Notes: generated by a model from the sequence alone, not told the origin. A DNA stretch of 32,000 nucleotides from Aliivibrio fischeri ES114 (GCF_000011805.1 NC_006840.2); one strand, 5' to 3'. Shown: positions 1-8,980, counted from the stretch's first letter. Made by a program: numbers and translations.

Positions 1-782
1 GTCTTACCGCCAAGTTGACTCCAGAGCAAACGGATTTAAAAAATTACGCTACCACATTAATGCAATTGCGTATTAAGCACCCAGCGCTATCTAAGGGTAA
101 AAGAGTTAATCTAGTAGCTAATAAAGCAGTCTATATCGATCATAAACAATCTGAAAATGATGCCATTGTTTATATGGTAAGTACTCAAGAGGCAGATCAA
201 ACGCTCTCCTTAGATGCAGAACAGATCGGGTCAAAAGGTAACTTAATTGATCTAATCACCGGGCAGATTTTCACTCCAATGAATGGAATATACACCATCC
301 CATTATCCAACTTTGAAAGTCGATTTTTAACAATAGAAGAGCCAAATAGTACAGGGCCTATCATAGAGCAAAAAGAAATAGCGCTATATGGCAGTGGTTT
401 TATGGCGCAATGCGATAACCCTACTATCACAGACACCAACGCCCCTTTACAAGATACCTTATATTTAGTTGGCGATTTCTCTGACTCTCCTTGGAGCCAT
501 AAAGAAACCAGAGCGTATCAATATAAAGGAAACAACATTTATCAAGTGGTCATCAATGAAAAACGAGGCCCTTATAAAATGCAATATGCAACAAAAGGTT
601 GGAGCGCTCAATATACCGCTGAAGGACTATCACCCAAATTGGGACAATCAAATAAACTCATTACTAGTGGCTATGGCCAAGATACCGCCATCTATCTTCC
701 TGAAGATGGTAACTACGTTTGGAGCTTAGAGTTCAATTCCCAAGGAGAGCCAAAATCAATGATGGTTTCTAAGTGTAAATAA
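1..782 (+). CDS. alpha-amylase family (GH13-like) protein, C-terminal part; 5' end lies outside the window
   Basis: Frame 3 is open from nt 3 up to the listed ORF 15..782, so the gene is cut by the window edge. LMQLRIKHPALSKG resembles the conserved segment before the C-terminal beta domain of GH13 amylases. An aromatic-rich tail (LYLVGDFSDSPW...YKMQYATKGW) looks like a carbohydrate-binding module. The gene lies directly upstream of lamB-malM. Confidence 0.55.
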   Translation, partial: LTAKLTPEQTDLKNYATTLMQLRIKHPALSKGKRVNLVANKAVYIDHKQSENDAIVYMVSTQEADQTLSLDAEQIGSKGNLIDLITGQIFTPMNGIYTIPLSNFESRFLTIEEPNSTGPIIEQKEIALYGSGFMAQCDNPTITDTNAPLQDTLYLVGDFSDSPWSHKETRAYQYKGNNIYQVVINEKRGPYKMQYATKGWSAQYTAEGLSPKLGQSNKLITSGYGQDTAIYLPEDGNYVWSLEFNSQGEPKSMMVSKCK

Positions 783-825
783 GCCCTCCTTTACCTTAAT
801 TTAATGAATAAAATATGAACTATTT

Positions 826-853
826 CTAACCAACAATGTCTATTGTTGGTTAG
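826..853 (+). terminator. perfect 12-bp stem-loop downstream of the amylase gene
   Basis: CTAACCAACAAT (826-837), loop gtct, ATTGTTGGTTAG (842-853). No clean T-run follows (atcacatttctg), so terminator function is uncertain. Confidence 0.45.
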
Positions 854-1011
854 ATCACATTTCTGATTATTTCTTAATTTCCCTCTTTTACGATTTTCTT
901 CATTATTTCCAATTTCAAAATATCTTTCGACGTGAGCCTTATCTCATAAATATTTTCAATCACTCCTACTAAGTGTGATTATTATCAAAAGAAGACCTGC
1001 CATTCATTTTT

Positions 1012-1057
1012 CTCATCCTTAGTACTACGCCCTATCATCCTTAAAAAGAGGAGGAGG
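1012..1057. promoter_or_regulatory. cluster of three MalT-box-like motifs upstream of lamB
   Basis: TCATCCTTA occurs twice (1013-1021 and 1035-1043); its reverse complement contains the GGATGA core. GAGGAGGAGG (1048-1057) matches the MalT box GGGGA(T/G)GAGG at 9 of 10 positions. The cluster lies 135-180 nt upstream of the lamB ATG. Confidence 0.5.
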
Positions 1058-1192
1058 GCAAAATACCTATTTATTTTTAATCTGTGTCTCGTTCGATAAC
1101 GACAGATGTTTACTTCACTTCCCTACACTGCCATGAGTTAAGTAAACGTTTTCAAATCAAAATATCCTGAAAAAAGGAAATAGGATTTTAAG

Positions 1193-2533
1193 ATGAAAAT
1201 GAATAAATACACATTGCTTGCCGCTGCTGTTTCTACAGCACTATTTTCTGGCGCTACACTTGCTGAAACTGATGTTGCACTGGATGTCATCACAGGTGAC
1301 GAAGCAGCACCAAAAGTTGAAAAAGTAAATGGAACTGATGTTATTTCAGATGGTTGGGAAGTTCACGGTTACGCGTCAATGAACTTCCGCATGGTAGATG
1401 GTGAAACGGTTGATACTGAGTTTGGTAAACCAGACTATAAAACAGCAGGTACTCACGGAAAAAGTACTAACCAAGTTGAATTTGTAATCAAAAAACATAC
1501 TGAACACGCAAATGGCGTTTGGTCTGACTTTGTCGTTCGATCTGAATACGGTAATGGTAACTCTTACGCTTACTCATCTCCTGGTAGCCAAAAAGCCAAC
1601 ACAACGGCACAATTTGAAATCAAAGAAACTTATGTTGAAATTGGTGGCTTGTCTTACCTAGGTGAAGATACATCTATCTGGGGTGGTCAACGTTACCTAA
1701 ACCGTTCTGCAAGTGTACTATCGGGTGAATTCTGGAAACAATCATCAGGCGTTGGTGCAGGTATTCAAACTAAACTTGGTGGCAACACAGCAGGTTTTGC
1801 AATTGTTGCCGCAGATACTGATAGTGATATCAATAGCGGAGCCAGTGACAGACAAACATTAACCTCACACGATTTATACTACTACGGTGTTGATGTTGGC
1901 TTTGGTAGCTTAGATTTTGATTTCAAATACATCACTCAAGCTAATGTTCAAGATGATGACGGTTTCGGCGCATCTATCACATTAAACTCTAGTTACTATG
2001 GCCTAGATGGTTGGTCACAAACAGCGATTGCTTACGGTAAAGGCGCAGCGCAAAACCGTGGTGTGAACTTTGGTAGCTGGTCAGGTGGCGATGACAATGC
2101 TGAATCTATCTTCTTCACTTCAGGCGGTGTGGTAAACATTTCTGAAAACTGGCAAATGGGTTCTGAGGTAACATACTTTGCTGGGTTGGATGAATTGTTT
2201 AGTGCCAAAGATCTAAAACGCTACATCGTTGCAGCGCGTCCATCATACAAAGTAAATGATAACCTTCGTCTTGAAGCGACAGGTTCTTACGCTCATGAAG
2301 AAGTTGAAGTTGGCGGAGTATGGGGTAAAAGTGCAGATGCCGCAGAAAGCGATATTGTTAACTTAGAGTTAGCAGCCGCATTTACGGTAAACGCGGACTA
2401 CTTTGGTCGTCCACAAATCAAACCATACGTAAGTTATATCCTAGCTGATGATGAAGCAAGTGCTAAAGATATTGGCATTAAAGATGGTAAGTCAGAAACA
2501 ATTATCGGTGTACACACTGAAATCTGGTTCTAA
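1193..2533 (+). CDS. lamB: maltoporin (LamB family outer-membrane channel)
   Basis: Signal peptide MKMNKYTLLAAAVSTALFSGATLA. Beta-barrel-like alternating sequence with an aromatic C terminus (HTEIWF). WEVHGYASMNFR resembles the start of mature maltoporin. malM follows immediately and MalT boxes lie upstream. AGGA Shine-Dalgarno (SD) 7 nt before the ATG. Confidence 0.9.
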   Translation: MKMNKYTLLAAAVSTALFSGATLAETDVALDVITGDEAAPKVEKVNGTDVISDGWEVHGYASMNFRMVDGETVDTEFGKPDYKTAGTHGKSTNQVEFVIKKHTEHANGVWSDFVVRSEYGNGNSYAYSSPGSQKANTTAQFEIKETYVEIGGLSYLGEDTSIWGGQRYLNRSASVLSGEFWKQSSGVGAGIQTKLGGNTAGFAIVAADTDSDINSGASDRQTLTSHDLYYYGVDVGFGSLDFDFKYITQANVQDDDGFGASITLNSSYYGLDGWSQTAIAYGKGAAQNRGVNFGSWSGGDDNAESIFFTSGGVVNISENWQMGSEVTYFAGLDELFSAKDLKRYIVAARPSYKVNDNLRLEATGSYAHEEVEVGGVWGKSADAAESDIVNLELAAAFTVNADYFGRPQIKPYVSYILADDEASAKDIGIKDGKSETIIGVHTEIWF

Positions 2534-2546
2534 CTGAGTTAAAGTG

Positions 2547-2572
2547 AAAGGCGGCCAAATGGCTGCCTTTTT
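2547..2572 (+). terminator. intrinsic terminator/attenuator between lamB and malM
   Basis: AAAGGCGGCC (2547-2556), loop aaat, GGCTGCCTTT (2561-2570) with one G-U pair. T-run through 2572. Starts 14 nt after the lamB stop. Confidence 0.7.
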
Positions 2573-2603
2573 GCGTTTATTATCACCTTAATAATGGAGT
2601 ATC

Positions 2604-3434
2604 GTGATGAACACGAAAAAATTGTTACTTAGCTTATTTATCGGTCTCTCTTTGACTGCGTGTTCTTCAACCGAAGCCATACAACAACAGCCGATAAAAC
2701 CACTCGCAAACTCTCAAGTATGCTGTAGTGACTTTTCTCAATATCCTTGGATACAGCTAGCAACAACAGAAGATATCAATTTCCAATTAGATAAAGATTC
2801 ACCTATTGGTCACTTTTCTGATGGAAACAGCTATTTTAATGCCTTCAAATTCGCTGAACGTTCAGGAAAAGTACAACTTCGCCTCTCTAGTTTAATGATT
2901 AATGACTCAGTCGCAGCACCAAAACTCATTGCTCTCGATCATGAGTTTAATGTGGTAAGTACAACAAGTTTAGACCAATTTGATGTCAAGCCATCCGATG
3001 CATTTACTCGTACTCAGTTTCAATTAAATTTCCAACTTAATGCAGCTAAAACCCCTTATTTTATTATCTATTCTTCTAATGAGTATTTAGGTCAATCTAT
3101 TAAGGTGAAGCACCCAGCAAGGATCAGAGCGGAAGAATTAGGTGAACCGATGCCAATGGTAACGGATCCAACTTATGCTTATGAGCGTTTTGGTAAACTA
3201 AAGCTATCGATAAAAACGCTTTCATTACAAGCGGATAAACAAGCAGATCAACAACCTAAAGTAGCAATAAAATCAGCACAACCAGAAACCCACACTTTCT
3301 ATAAAGAGGCTATTGTTGAGGCAGTAAAAACAAACGACATACCTAAAGCATTAGCGCTGCTAGAGGAAGCAAAATCGCTAGGAATTCAAGATGCTCAAGA
3401 TACATTTGTTCAAGCTTTAGAAAGTCAAAAATAA
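2604..3434 (+). CDS. malM: maltose operon protein MalM, predicted lipoprotein form
   Basis: The C-terminal TFYKEAIVEAVKTNDIPKALALLEEAKSLG...TFVQAL aligns with the E. coli MalM C terminus (SYFNTAIKNAVAKGDVDKALKLLDEAERLG...TFISSV). Position after lamB fits. The N terminus has a lipobox, LSLTAC. The start may be ATG 2607 rather than GTG 2604 (GGAG at 2594-2597). Confidence 0.88.
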   Translation: MMNTKKLLLSLFIGLSLTACSSTEAIQQQPIKPLANSQVCCSDFSQYPWIQLATTEDINFQLDKDSPIGHFSDGNSYFNAFKFAERSGKVQLRLSSLMINDSVAAPKLIALDHEFNVVSTTSLDQFDVKPSDAFTRTQFQLNFQLNAAKTPYFIIYSSNEYLGQSIKVKHPARIRAEELGEPMPMVTDPTYAYERFGKLKLSIKTLSLQADKQADQQPKVAIKSAQPETHTFYKEAIVEAVKTNDIPKALALLEEAKSLGIQDAQDTFVQALESQK

Positions 3435-3448
3435 TTTCTTTCCTAAAT

Positions 3449-3490
3449 AAAAAAAAGCTTCTAACTTAATTAATTAGTTAGAAGCCTTTT
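3449..3490. terminator. bidirectional intrinsic terminator between convergent malM and the malic enzyme gene
   Basis: A8 run (3449-3456), GCTTCTAACT (3457-3466), 9-nt AT loop, AGTTAGAAGC (3476-3485), then CTTTT. Confidence 0.8.
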
Positions 3491-3511
3491 CTACATAAAA
3501 GATAAAGCGAA

Positions 3512-4759
3512 TTACGCTTCCATGTATCCTTTAGGCATTTCTATACGAGCGACACCGGAGTCAACAGCAGCTTGTGCTACCGCTTTAGCAACTCGTGGAA
3601 GTAGACGAGGATCCATTGGTTTTGGAATGATATAGTCAGAGCCAAATGTCAAGGATTCAACGCCAGCGGCTTTTAATACCTCAACGGGTACTTCTTCTTT
3701 AGCTAATTGACGAATAGCCTCAACAGCAGCTAGCTTCATTTCATCATTAATTTCACTTGCACGCACATCTAGCGCACCACGGAAGATAAATGGGAAACAA
3801 AGCACATTATTTACTTGGTTTGGATAATCAGAACGGCCTGTACCCATGATTAAGTCAGAACGAACTTCATGAGCCAATTCAGGTTTAATTTCAGGATCTG
3901 GATTTGAACATGCAAACACAACTGGTTTATCAGCCATTAGCTTCAGATCTTCTGCATCTAATAAATTTGGACCAGATACACCCAAGAATAAATCGGCACC
4001 TTCGATAACATCTTGCAGTGTGCGCTTATCGGTATTGTTTGCAAAACGTTGTTTGTACTCATTAATATCGTCACGACGAGTATGAATCACACCTTTACGA
4101 TCCAGCATGTAGATCTTCTCACGCATTGCGCCACACTTAATAAGCAGCTCCATACATGCAACGGCAGCTGCACCAGCACCTAAACATACAATGATCGCAT
4201 CTTCTAACTTCTTACCTTGCAGCTCAATCGCATTTAACATACCAGCAGCAGTTACGATTGCAGTACCATGTTGATCATCATGGAATACTGGCACATCACA
4301 AATTTCAATAAGGCGACGTTCAATCTCAAAACAATCAGGTGCTTTAATATCTTCTAAGTTAATACCACCAAATGTATCTGCAATATTAGCAACTGTATCA
4401 ACAAACTCATCAATCGTGCGGTGTTTTACTTCGATATCAATAGAGTCTAAGCCTGCAAAACGTTTAAAAAGAAGCGACTTACCTTCCATTACTGGTTTTG
4501 ATGCAAGAGGACCTAAGTTACCTAAACCAAGAATTGCCGTACCATTTGAAATAACCGCAACCATATTGCCTTTTGATGTGTATTTATAAACATCATCAGG
4601 GTTCTTTGCAATTTCACGTACAGGCTCAGCCACACCAGGGCTGTAAGCCAAAGCAAGGTCTTCTACTGTGTCAGCAGGTTTAGTCAATGCAACTTCAATT
4701 TTACCTGGAGTTGGGTAAGCGTGATAATCTAGAGCTTGCTTGCGAAATTCTTCAGACAT
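3512..4759 (-). CDS. NAD(P)-dependent malic enzyme, MaeB-type catalytic domain without the C-terminal PTA-like domain
   Basis: Collinear by eye with E. coli MaeB residues 1 to about 420 (ALDYHAYPTPGKIEV, LALAYSPGVAEP, FHDDQHGTAIV, SDYPNQVNNVLCFPFIFRGALDV). Ends at a normal stop followed by a terminator. Confidence 0.92.
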   Translation of the reverse strand: MSEEFRKQALDYHAYPTPGKIEVALTKPADTVEDLALAYSPGVAEPVREIAKNPDDVYKYTSKGNMVAVISNGTAILGLGNLGPLASKPVMEGKSLLFKRFAGLDSIDIEVKHRTIDEFVDTVANIADTFGGINLEDIKAPDCFEIERRLIEICDVPVFHDDQHGTAIVTAAGMLNAIELQGKKLEDAIIVCLGAGAAAVACMELLIKCGAMREKIYMLDRKGVIHTRRDDINEYKQRFANNTDKRTLQDVIEGADLFLGVSGPNLLDAEDLKLMADKPVVFACSNPDPEIKPELAHEVRSDLIMGTGRSDYPNQVNNVLCFPFIFRGALDVRASEINDEMKLAAVEAIRQLAKEEVPVEVLKAAGVESLTFGSDYIIPKPMDPRLLPRVAKAVAQAAVDSGVARIEMPKGYMEA

Positions 4760-4978
4760 GATGGTTTCCTGATTTAAAAGGTAACGTCAAAATAGTAAAC
4801 CTCTATATTAGTTGATCTAGCTCAAACTTCATAGCCTTTGCTTACAGATCGTACCAACAAAAATGCCGAGCTATCGTACAAATTTGAGTTAGTGATAATT
4901 CAACTAAATACAGAAGAAATAAAAGACACAATAAGAATAATCGAATACAAAAATGAAAAAATCGTAAATTGCAGATAT

Positions 4979-5004
4979 AAAAAAAGGAGCCCTATTGGAC
5001 TCCT
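4979..5004 (-). terminator. rpmE intrinsic terminator
   Basis: On the minus strand: AGGAGTCC, loop aata, GGGCTCCT, then T7 (plus-strand A-run 4979-4985). One C/A mismatch in the stem. About 20 nt downstream of the rpmE stop. Confidence 0.7.
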
Positions 5005-5024
5005 CTTTTATCGGAAATTGGTAA

Positions 5025-5243
5025 TTATTTCTTAGAACCAATTGCACCGAAACGTTTGTTGAAGCGATCAACACGGCCGCCTGTATCAACGATACGTTGC
5101 TTACCAGTGTAGAACGGGTGACATTTGTCACATACGTCTAGGTGGATTGAATCTTTGCCTAGTGCAGAGTTGAATTCGAACTCGTTGCCGCAAGAACAAG
5201 TAGCTTTAACAGCTGTGTATTCTGGGTGGATACCTACTTTCAT
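5025..5243 (-). CDS. rpmE: 50S ribosomal protein L31 (zinc-binding type A)
   Basis: MKVGIHPEY...CSCG...[13 protein letters not shown] is the canonical L31 sequence with both Cys pairs. Confidence 0.97.
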   Translation of the reverse strand: MKVGIHPEYTAVKATCSCGNEFEFNSALGKDSIHLDVCDKCHPFYTGKQRIVDTGGRVDRFNKRFGAIGSKK

Positions 5244-5482
5244 GGGAAAACCTTAATAGTTTAGGCCGTGTCGCTATCCGATTCTAATGCCGGACACCAC
5301 ACGTAGTTTAACAAAAATAGTAAGCGTAAATGGATTACACTTACTTAAGGTCGCGTATAGTAATGAATCTGGAGCGATCAATCAACTGATCTGTTACTTT
5401 TTTCACCGATTTTTTTACCCATTTGCGATATTTCTATCTAAGGGTAGACTATTCTCATTCCAATTTCTTAATGATGTTAACC

Positions 5483-7684
5483 ATGCCCTATTCAATCGCT
5501 CATGTTGCACTGCCTGTTCCACTTGATCGCACCTTTGATTATCTTATTAAATCAGAGCAAAAACCTGTGATCGGTGGACGAGTAAAAGTCCCTTTTGGGC
5601 GTCAGCGTTTAATTGGTGTGGTAACAAAACTCAGCAATGAATCTGAGTTTGCTCGTGAGAAATTAAAAGCCATCGATGTTGTCATTGATGAACAAAGCTT
5701 ATGGCCTACCAATTTATACAAATTATTAAATTGGAGCAGTACGTATTATCAGTATCCATTAGGAGACACCTTAGCGAATGCAATGCCTTCATGGCTTAGA
5801 AAAGGAAGAGAAGCCAATTTTGCTTCGTTAAAAGCTTGGCAAATTACCGAGCTAGGTAAGAATCAAGATTTAAATAAGCTAACCCGAGCGCCAAAACAAG
5901 CCAAAGCACTCAATTTAGTAAGACATCAACAATGCAGCCATGAGCAAATGCTTGAAGAAGAAGTGACTGCAGCCACACTAAAAACGATTTCAGATAAAGG
6001 TTGGATTAAAGAGGTATCTCTCGCTCCGACACCAAGCTATTGGTATCGAGATGTTGAAGTCACTCAAGAAAAACCTCAACTCAATGAAGAGCAATCTATC
6101 GCTATTGCTACGGTCAATGCGAATCCTGAATTTGGTTGTTATCTATTGGAAGGGGTTACGGGCTCAGGAAAGACTGAAGTCTATTTACAACTTCTAGAAC
6201 CAATTTTAAAAGCGGGACGACAAGCGCTTATCTTGGTTCCTGAAATTGGTTTAACGCCGCAAACCATTAATCGTTTTAAGCGTCGCTTTAATGTACCTGT
6301 TGATGTTATTCACTCAGGACTTAATGACACTGAGCGTTTAAATGCATGGCTAGCAGCAAGAGATAATCACGCCGGTATCATCATTGGTACTCGTTCGGCT
6401 CTGTTTACGCCTTTTCATGATTTAGGGATCATCATTGTTGATGAAGAACATGATGCCTCTTATAAGCAACAAGACAGCATGAGATATCATGCCCGCGATT
6501 TAGCCGTGATGAGAGCCAACTTAGATAACATCCCTATTATTCTAGGCTCAGCAACGCCAGCGTTAGAAACATTACACAATGCGAATGTTGGGAAATATCA
6601 TCATCTAACACTAACCAAACGCGCAGGTACTGCCATTCCGGCTCGTCATGGTGTTCTTGATGTAAAAGGCTTATATCTTAATAGCGGTCTATCAGCACCA
6701 TTAATTGCTCAGATGAGAAAACACTTATCTGAAGGCAATCAGGTTATGCTGTTTTTAAACCGCAGAGGCTTTTCACCAGCACTAATGTGCCATGAATGTG
6801 GTTGGATGGCAGAATGTAAACGTTGTGATGCGTTCTATACTTTCCACCAACACTCTAATGAAATTCGTTGTCACCACTGTGGTTCACAGCAGCCAATTAT
6901 CCATCAATGTCAGGGATGCGGATCGACGCAGTTAATTTCTGTCGGTGTAGGTACAGAACAACTAGAAACACAATTAACCAATCTATTTCCTGAATACAAA
7001 ACGGTTCGTATTGATAGAGATAGCACCCGTCGTAAAGGTAGCTTAGAAGACTATTTAGAAGCGATTAAGAATAATGAATACCAAATTTTAATTGGTACTC
7101 AAATGCTAGCAAAAGGCCACCACTTTCCTAACGTGACTTTGGTTGGGTTAATCGACGTAGACAGCTCTCTGTTTAGTAGTGATTTTCGAGCGCCTGAAAG
7201 ATTAGCTCAATTATTTATTCAGGTTGCAGGACGTGCAGGGCGTGCAAGTAAACCAGGTGAGGTAATTCTGCAAACTCATCATCCAGAACACTCTTTATTA
7301 CAAAGTTTATTACATCATGGTTATGGGCATTTTGCAGAGCACGCTTTAAAAGAGCGTAAATTTGCTCAATTACCACCTTATACCCATTTGTCTCTTTTTA
7401 GAGCTGAAGCAAATAATAACGAAAACGTGGAACAATTCTTACGACAAGTGCGTGATATTTTAGAAAGCCACCCACAATTTCATGATGCAACACCAGTACT
7501 TGGGCCGATCCCTGCCCCATTAGCTCGTCGCGCCGGTAAATATCGTTGGCAGCTATTGTTCCAGGCTCCAAACCGGACAGTAATGCAATCAATGCTTCGC
7601 GGTGCAAAAACCGCCATTGAACTTTTACCCCTAGCAAAAAAAGTTCGATGGACTTTAGATATTGAGCCACAAGATTTAAGTTAA
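5483..7684 (+). CDS. priA: primosomal replication restart helicase PriA
   Basis: Walker A GVTGSGKT, DExH box IIVDEEHD, and Cys-rich zinc region CHECGWMAECKRCD...CHHCG...CQGCG. I place the start at ATG 5483 (MPYSIAHVALPVPLDRTFDY), giving 733 aa as in E. coli. The listed ORF start at 5423 adds 20 implausible residues. Confidence 0.93.
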   Translation: MPYSIAHVALPVPLDRTFDYLIKSEQKPVIGGRVKVPFGRQRLIGVVTKLSNESEFAREKLKAIDVVIDEQSLWPTNLYKLLNWSSTYYQYPLGDTLANAMPSWLRKGREANFASLKAWQITELGKNQDLNKLTRAPKQAKALNLVRHQQCSHEQMLEEEVTAATLKTISDKGWIKEVSLAPTPSYWYRDVEVTQEKPQLNEEQSIAIATVNANPEFGCYLLEGVTGSGKTEVYLQLLEPILKAGRQALILVPEIGLTPQTINRFKRRFNVPVDVIHSGLNDTERLNAWLAARDNHAGIIIGTRSALFTPFHDLGIIIVDEEHDASYKQQDSMRYHARDLAVMRANLDNIPIILGSATPALETLHNANVGKYHHLTLTKRAGTAIPARHGVLDVKGLYLNSGLSAPLIAQMRKHLSEGNQVMLFLNRRGFSPALMCHECGWMAECKRCDAFYTFHQHSNEIRCHHCGSQQPIIHQCQGCGSTQLISVGVGTEQLETQLTNLFPEYKTVRIDRDSTRRKGSLEDYLEAIKNNEYQILIGTQMLAKGHHFPNVTLVGLIDVDSSLFSSDFRAPERLAQLFIQVAGRAGRASKPGEVILQTHHPEHSLLQSLLHHGYGHFAEHALKERKFAQLPPYTHLSLFRAEANNNENVEQFLRQVRDILESHPQFHDATPVLGPIPAPLARRAGKYRWQLLFQAPNRTVMQSMLRGAKTAIELLPLAKKVRWTLDIEPQDLS

Positions 7685-7737
7685 TGTCGGTTTTATCAAC
7701 AATTTTCCTGTTGAAAAAGTGAAACAATCGGCCTTCA

Positions 7738-7753
7738 TGTGAGAGAAATCACA
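7738..7753. promoter_or_regulatory. consensus CRP-binding site upstream of cytR
   Basis: TGTGA gagaaa TCACA, with both half-sites perfect and 6-nt spacing. Centred about 130 nt upstream of the cytR ATG. Confidence 0.6.
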
Positions 7754-7875
7754 ATACAGATGTAATTTTTGTTAAACGAGCCGTATTTAAATCTTTATTT
7801 TATGAATAAAATATCTTCTTATTCAAATAGAGCAATCGTTTACTTTAAGATAAAAGTATTAGGGAGAAGATAATT

Positions 7876-8883
7876 ATGGCGACAATGAAGGACGTTGCTT
7901 TATCGGCAGGAGTGTCAACAGCAACGGTATCACGAGCACTAATGACACCAGAAAAAGTATCATTATCCACTCGTAAGCGCGTTGAAGATGCAGTATTAGA
8001 AACGGGTTACTCACCAACTACGTTAACTCGAACATTACGACGCAATGAGTCAAAAACCATTGTGACGATTGTTCCTGATATTTGCGATCCTTACTTTAGT
8101 GACATTATTCGCGGTATTGAAGATGCTGCCGTTGAAAATGGTTATGTCATTTTAGTAGGCGACAGCAGTCAGCAAAAAAAACGTGAACACTCCTTTGTAA
8201 ACCTTGTGTATACCAAGCAAGTTGATGGCATGGTATTACTTGGTTCAGACCTCCCTTTTAACGTTAGTCGCCAAGAACAAAAAAATTTACCGCCTCTTGT
8301 AATGGCGTGTGAATATGCACCAGAATTAGAACTACCAACCGTTCATATCGATAACCTTACAGCCGCCTATGAAGCAGTTAACTACCTAACTAAACTAGGG
8401 CATAAAAACATCGCAGAATTATCTGGTCCTGAGAGCTCCGCGCTCTGTCAGTTCAGACATCAAGGTTACCAACAAGCACTTCGCCGTGCGGGTATCACCA
8501 TGAATGCCTCTTATGTGCAATATGGTGATTTCACTTTCGAAGCAGGGGCAAAAGCAATAACTCAACTTCTTTCTCTTTCAACACCACCGACTGCTGTCTT
8601 TTGTCATAACGATATTATGGCAATCGGAGCAATTCAAAAAGCGAAACAAATGGGTTTTAGAGTGCCTCAAGACATTTCTATCATGGGATTTGATGATATT
8701 GAATTCTCTCAATATTGTGATCCTGCATTAACCACGATTTCCCAGCCTCGTTATGAAATAGGTCGTCAATCTATGTTAATGCTACTTGACCTATTAAAAG
8801 GCCATGATGTTCGTTCTGGTTCACGATTACTCGAATCCTCATTGATTGTTAGAGAGAGTACGGCGTCCCCAAAAAACAAATAA
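7876..8883 (+). CDS. cytR: LacI-family transcriptional repressor CytR
   Basis: N-terminal HTH MKDVALSAGVSTATVSRAL followed by a periplasmic-binding-protein-like core. Conserved priA-cytR-ftsN-hslVU neighbourhood. AGGGAG SD. Confidence 0.85.
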   Translation: MATMKDVALSAGVSTATVSRALMTPEKVSLSTRKRVEDAVLETGYSPTTLTRTLRRNESKTIVTIVPDICDPYFSDIIRGIEDAAVENGYVILVGDSSQQKKREHSFVNLVYTKQVDGMVLLGSDLPFNVSRQEQKNLPPLVMACEYAPELELPTVHIDNLTAAYEAVNYLTKLGHKNIAELSGPESSALCQFRHQGYQQALRRAGITMNASYVQYGDFTFEAGAKAITQLLSLSTPPTAVFCHNDIMAIGAIQKAKQMGFRVPQDISIMGFDDIEFSQYCDPALTTISQPRYEIGRQSMLMLLDLLKGHDVRSGSRLLESSLIVRESTASPKNK

Positions 8884-8918
8884 AACGTCTCGATTCATTC
8901 TTTAAGCCACGTTAACGC

Positions 8919-8980
8919 CAAAAAGTCATAACTCTAGACAATCAATTTGTCTAAATAGTGACTTTTTGCGTACTTTTTTA
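8919..8980 (+). terminator. compound stem-loop downstream of cytR
   Basis: Outer arms CAAAAAGTCA (8919-8928) / TGACTTTTTG (8959-8968). Inner arms TAGACAA (8935-8941) / TTGTCTA (8947-8953). A T-rich tract follows (cgtactttttta). Confidence 0.5.

Noticed and set aside
197-729. ORFs 197..439(-) and 469..729(+) inside the amylase gene
   Set aside because: Antisense or alternative-frame shadows of a well-supported coding frame. No SD and odd composition.
1106-1141. 11-codon upstream ORF (MFTSLPYTAMS) before lamB
   Set aside because: No SD, no known leader-peptide mechanism for lamB, and too short to evaluate.
3512-4759. The malic enzyme could be a truncated MaeB pseudogene (415 aa versus about 759 aa in E. 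coli)
   Set aside because: The ORF ends cleanly just after the catalytic domain and is followed by a strong terminator. Malic enzymes with only the catalytic domain, lacking the PTA-like domain, occur in many bacteria. No remnant of a PTA-like domain is seen downstream.
4848-4879. Direct repeat ATCGTAC at 4848-4854 and 4873-4879 upstream of the malic enzyme gene
   Set aside because: A single 7-mer repeat in an AT-rich spacer with no known matching motif. It could easily be chance.
4838-5131. ORFs 4838..5035(+) and 4904..5131(-)
   Set aside because: AT-rich low-complexity translations (a TTG start for the first). They run across the rpmE terminator and into rpmE in the wrong frame or strand.
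5287-5526. ORF 5287..5526(+) and the 5423 start of the priA ORF
   Set aside because: These lie in the rpmE-priA promoter spacer. The PriA homology begins at MPYSIAHV (ATG 5483), and the upstream residues have no counterpart.
7398-7727. ORF 7398..7727(-)
   Set aside because: Antisense to the 3' end of priA. No independent support.
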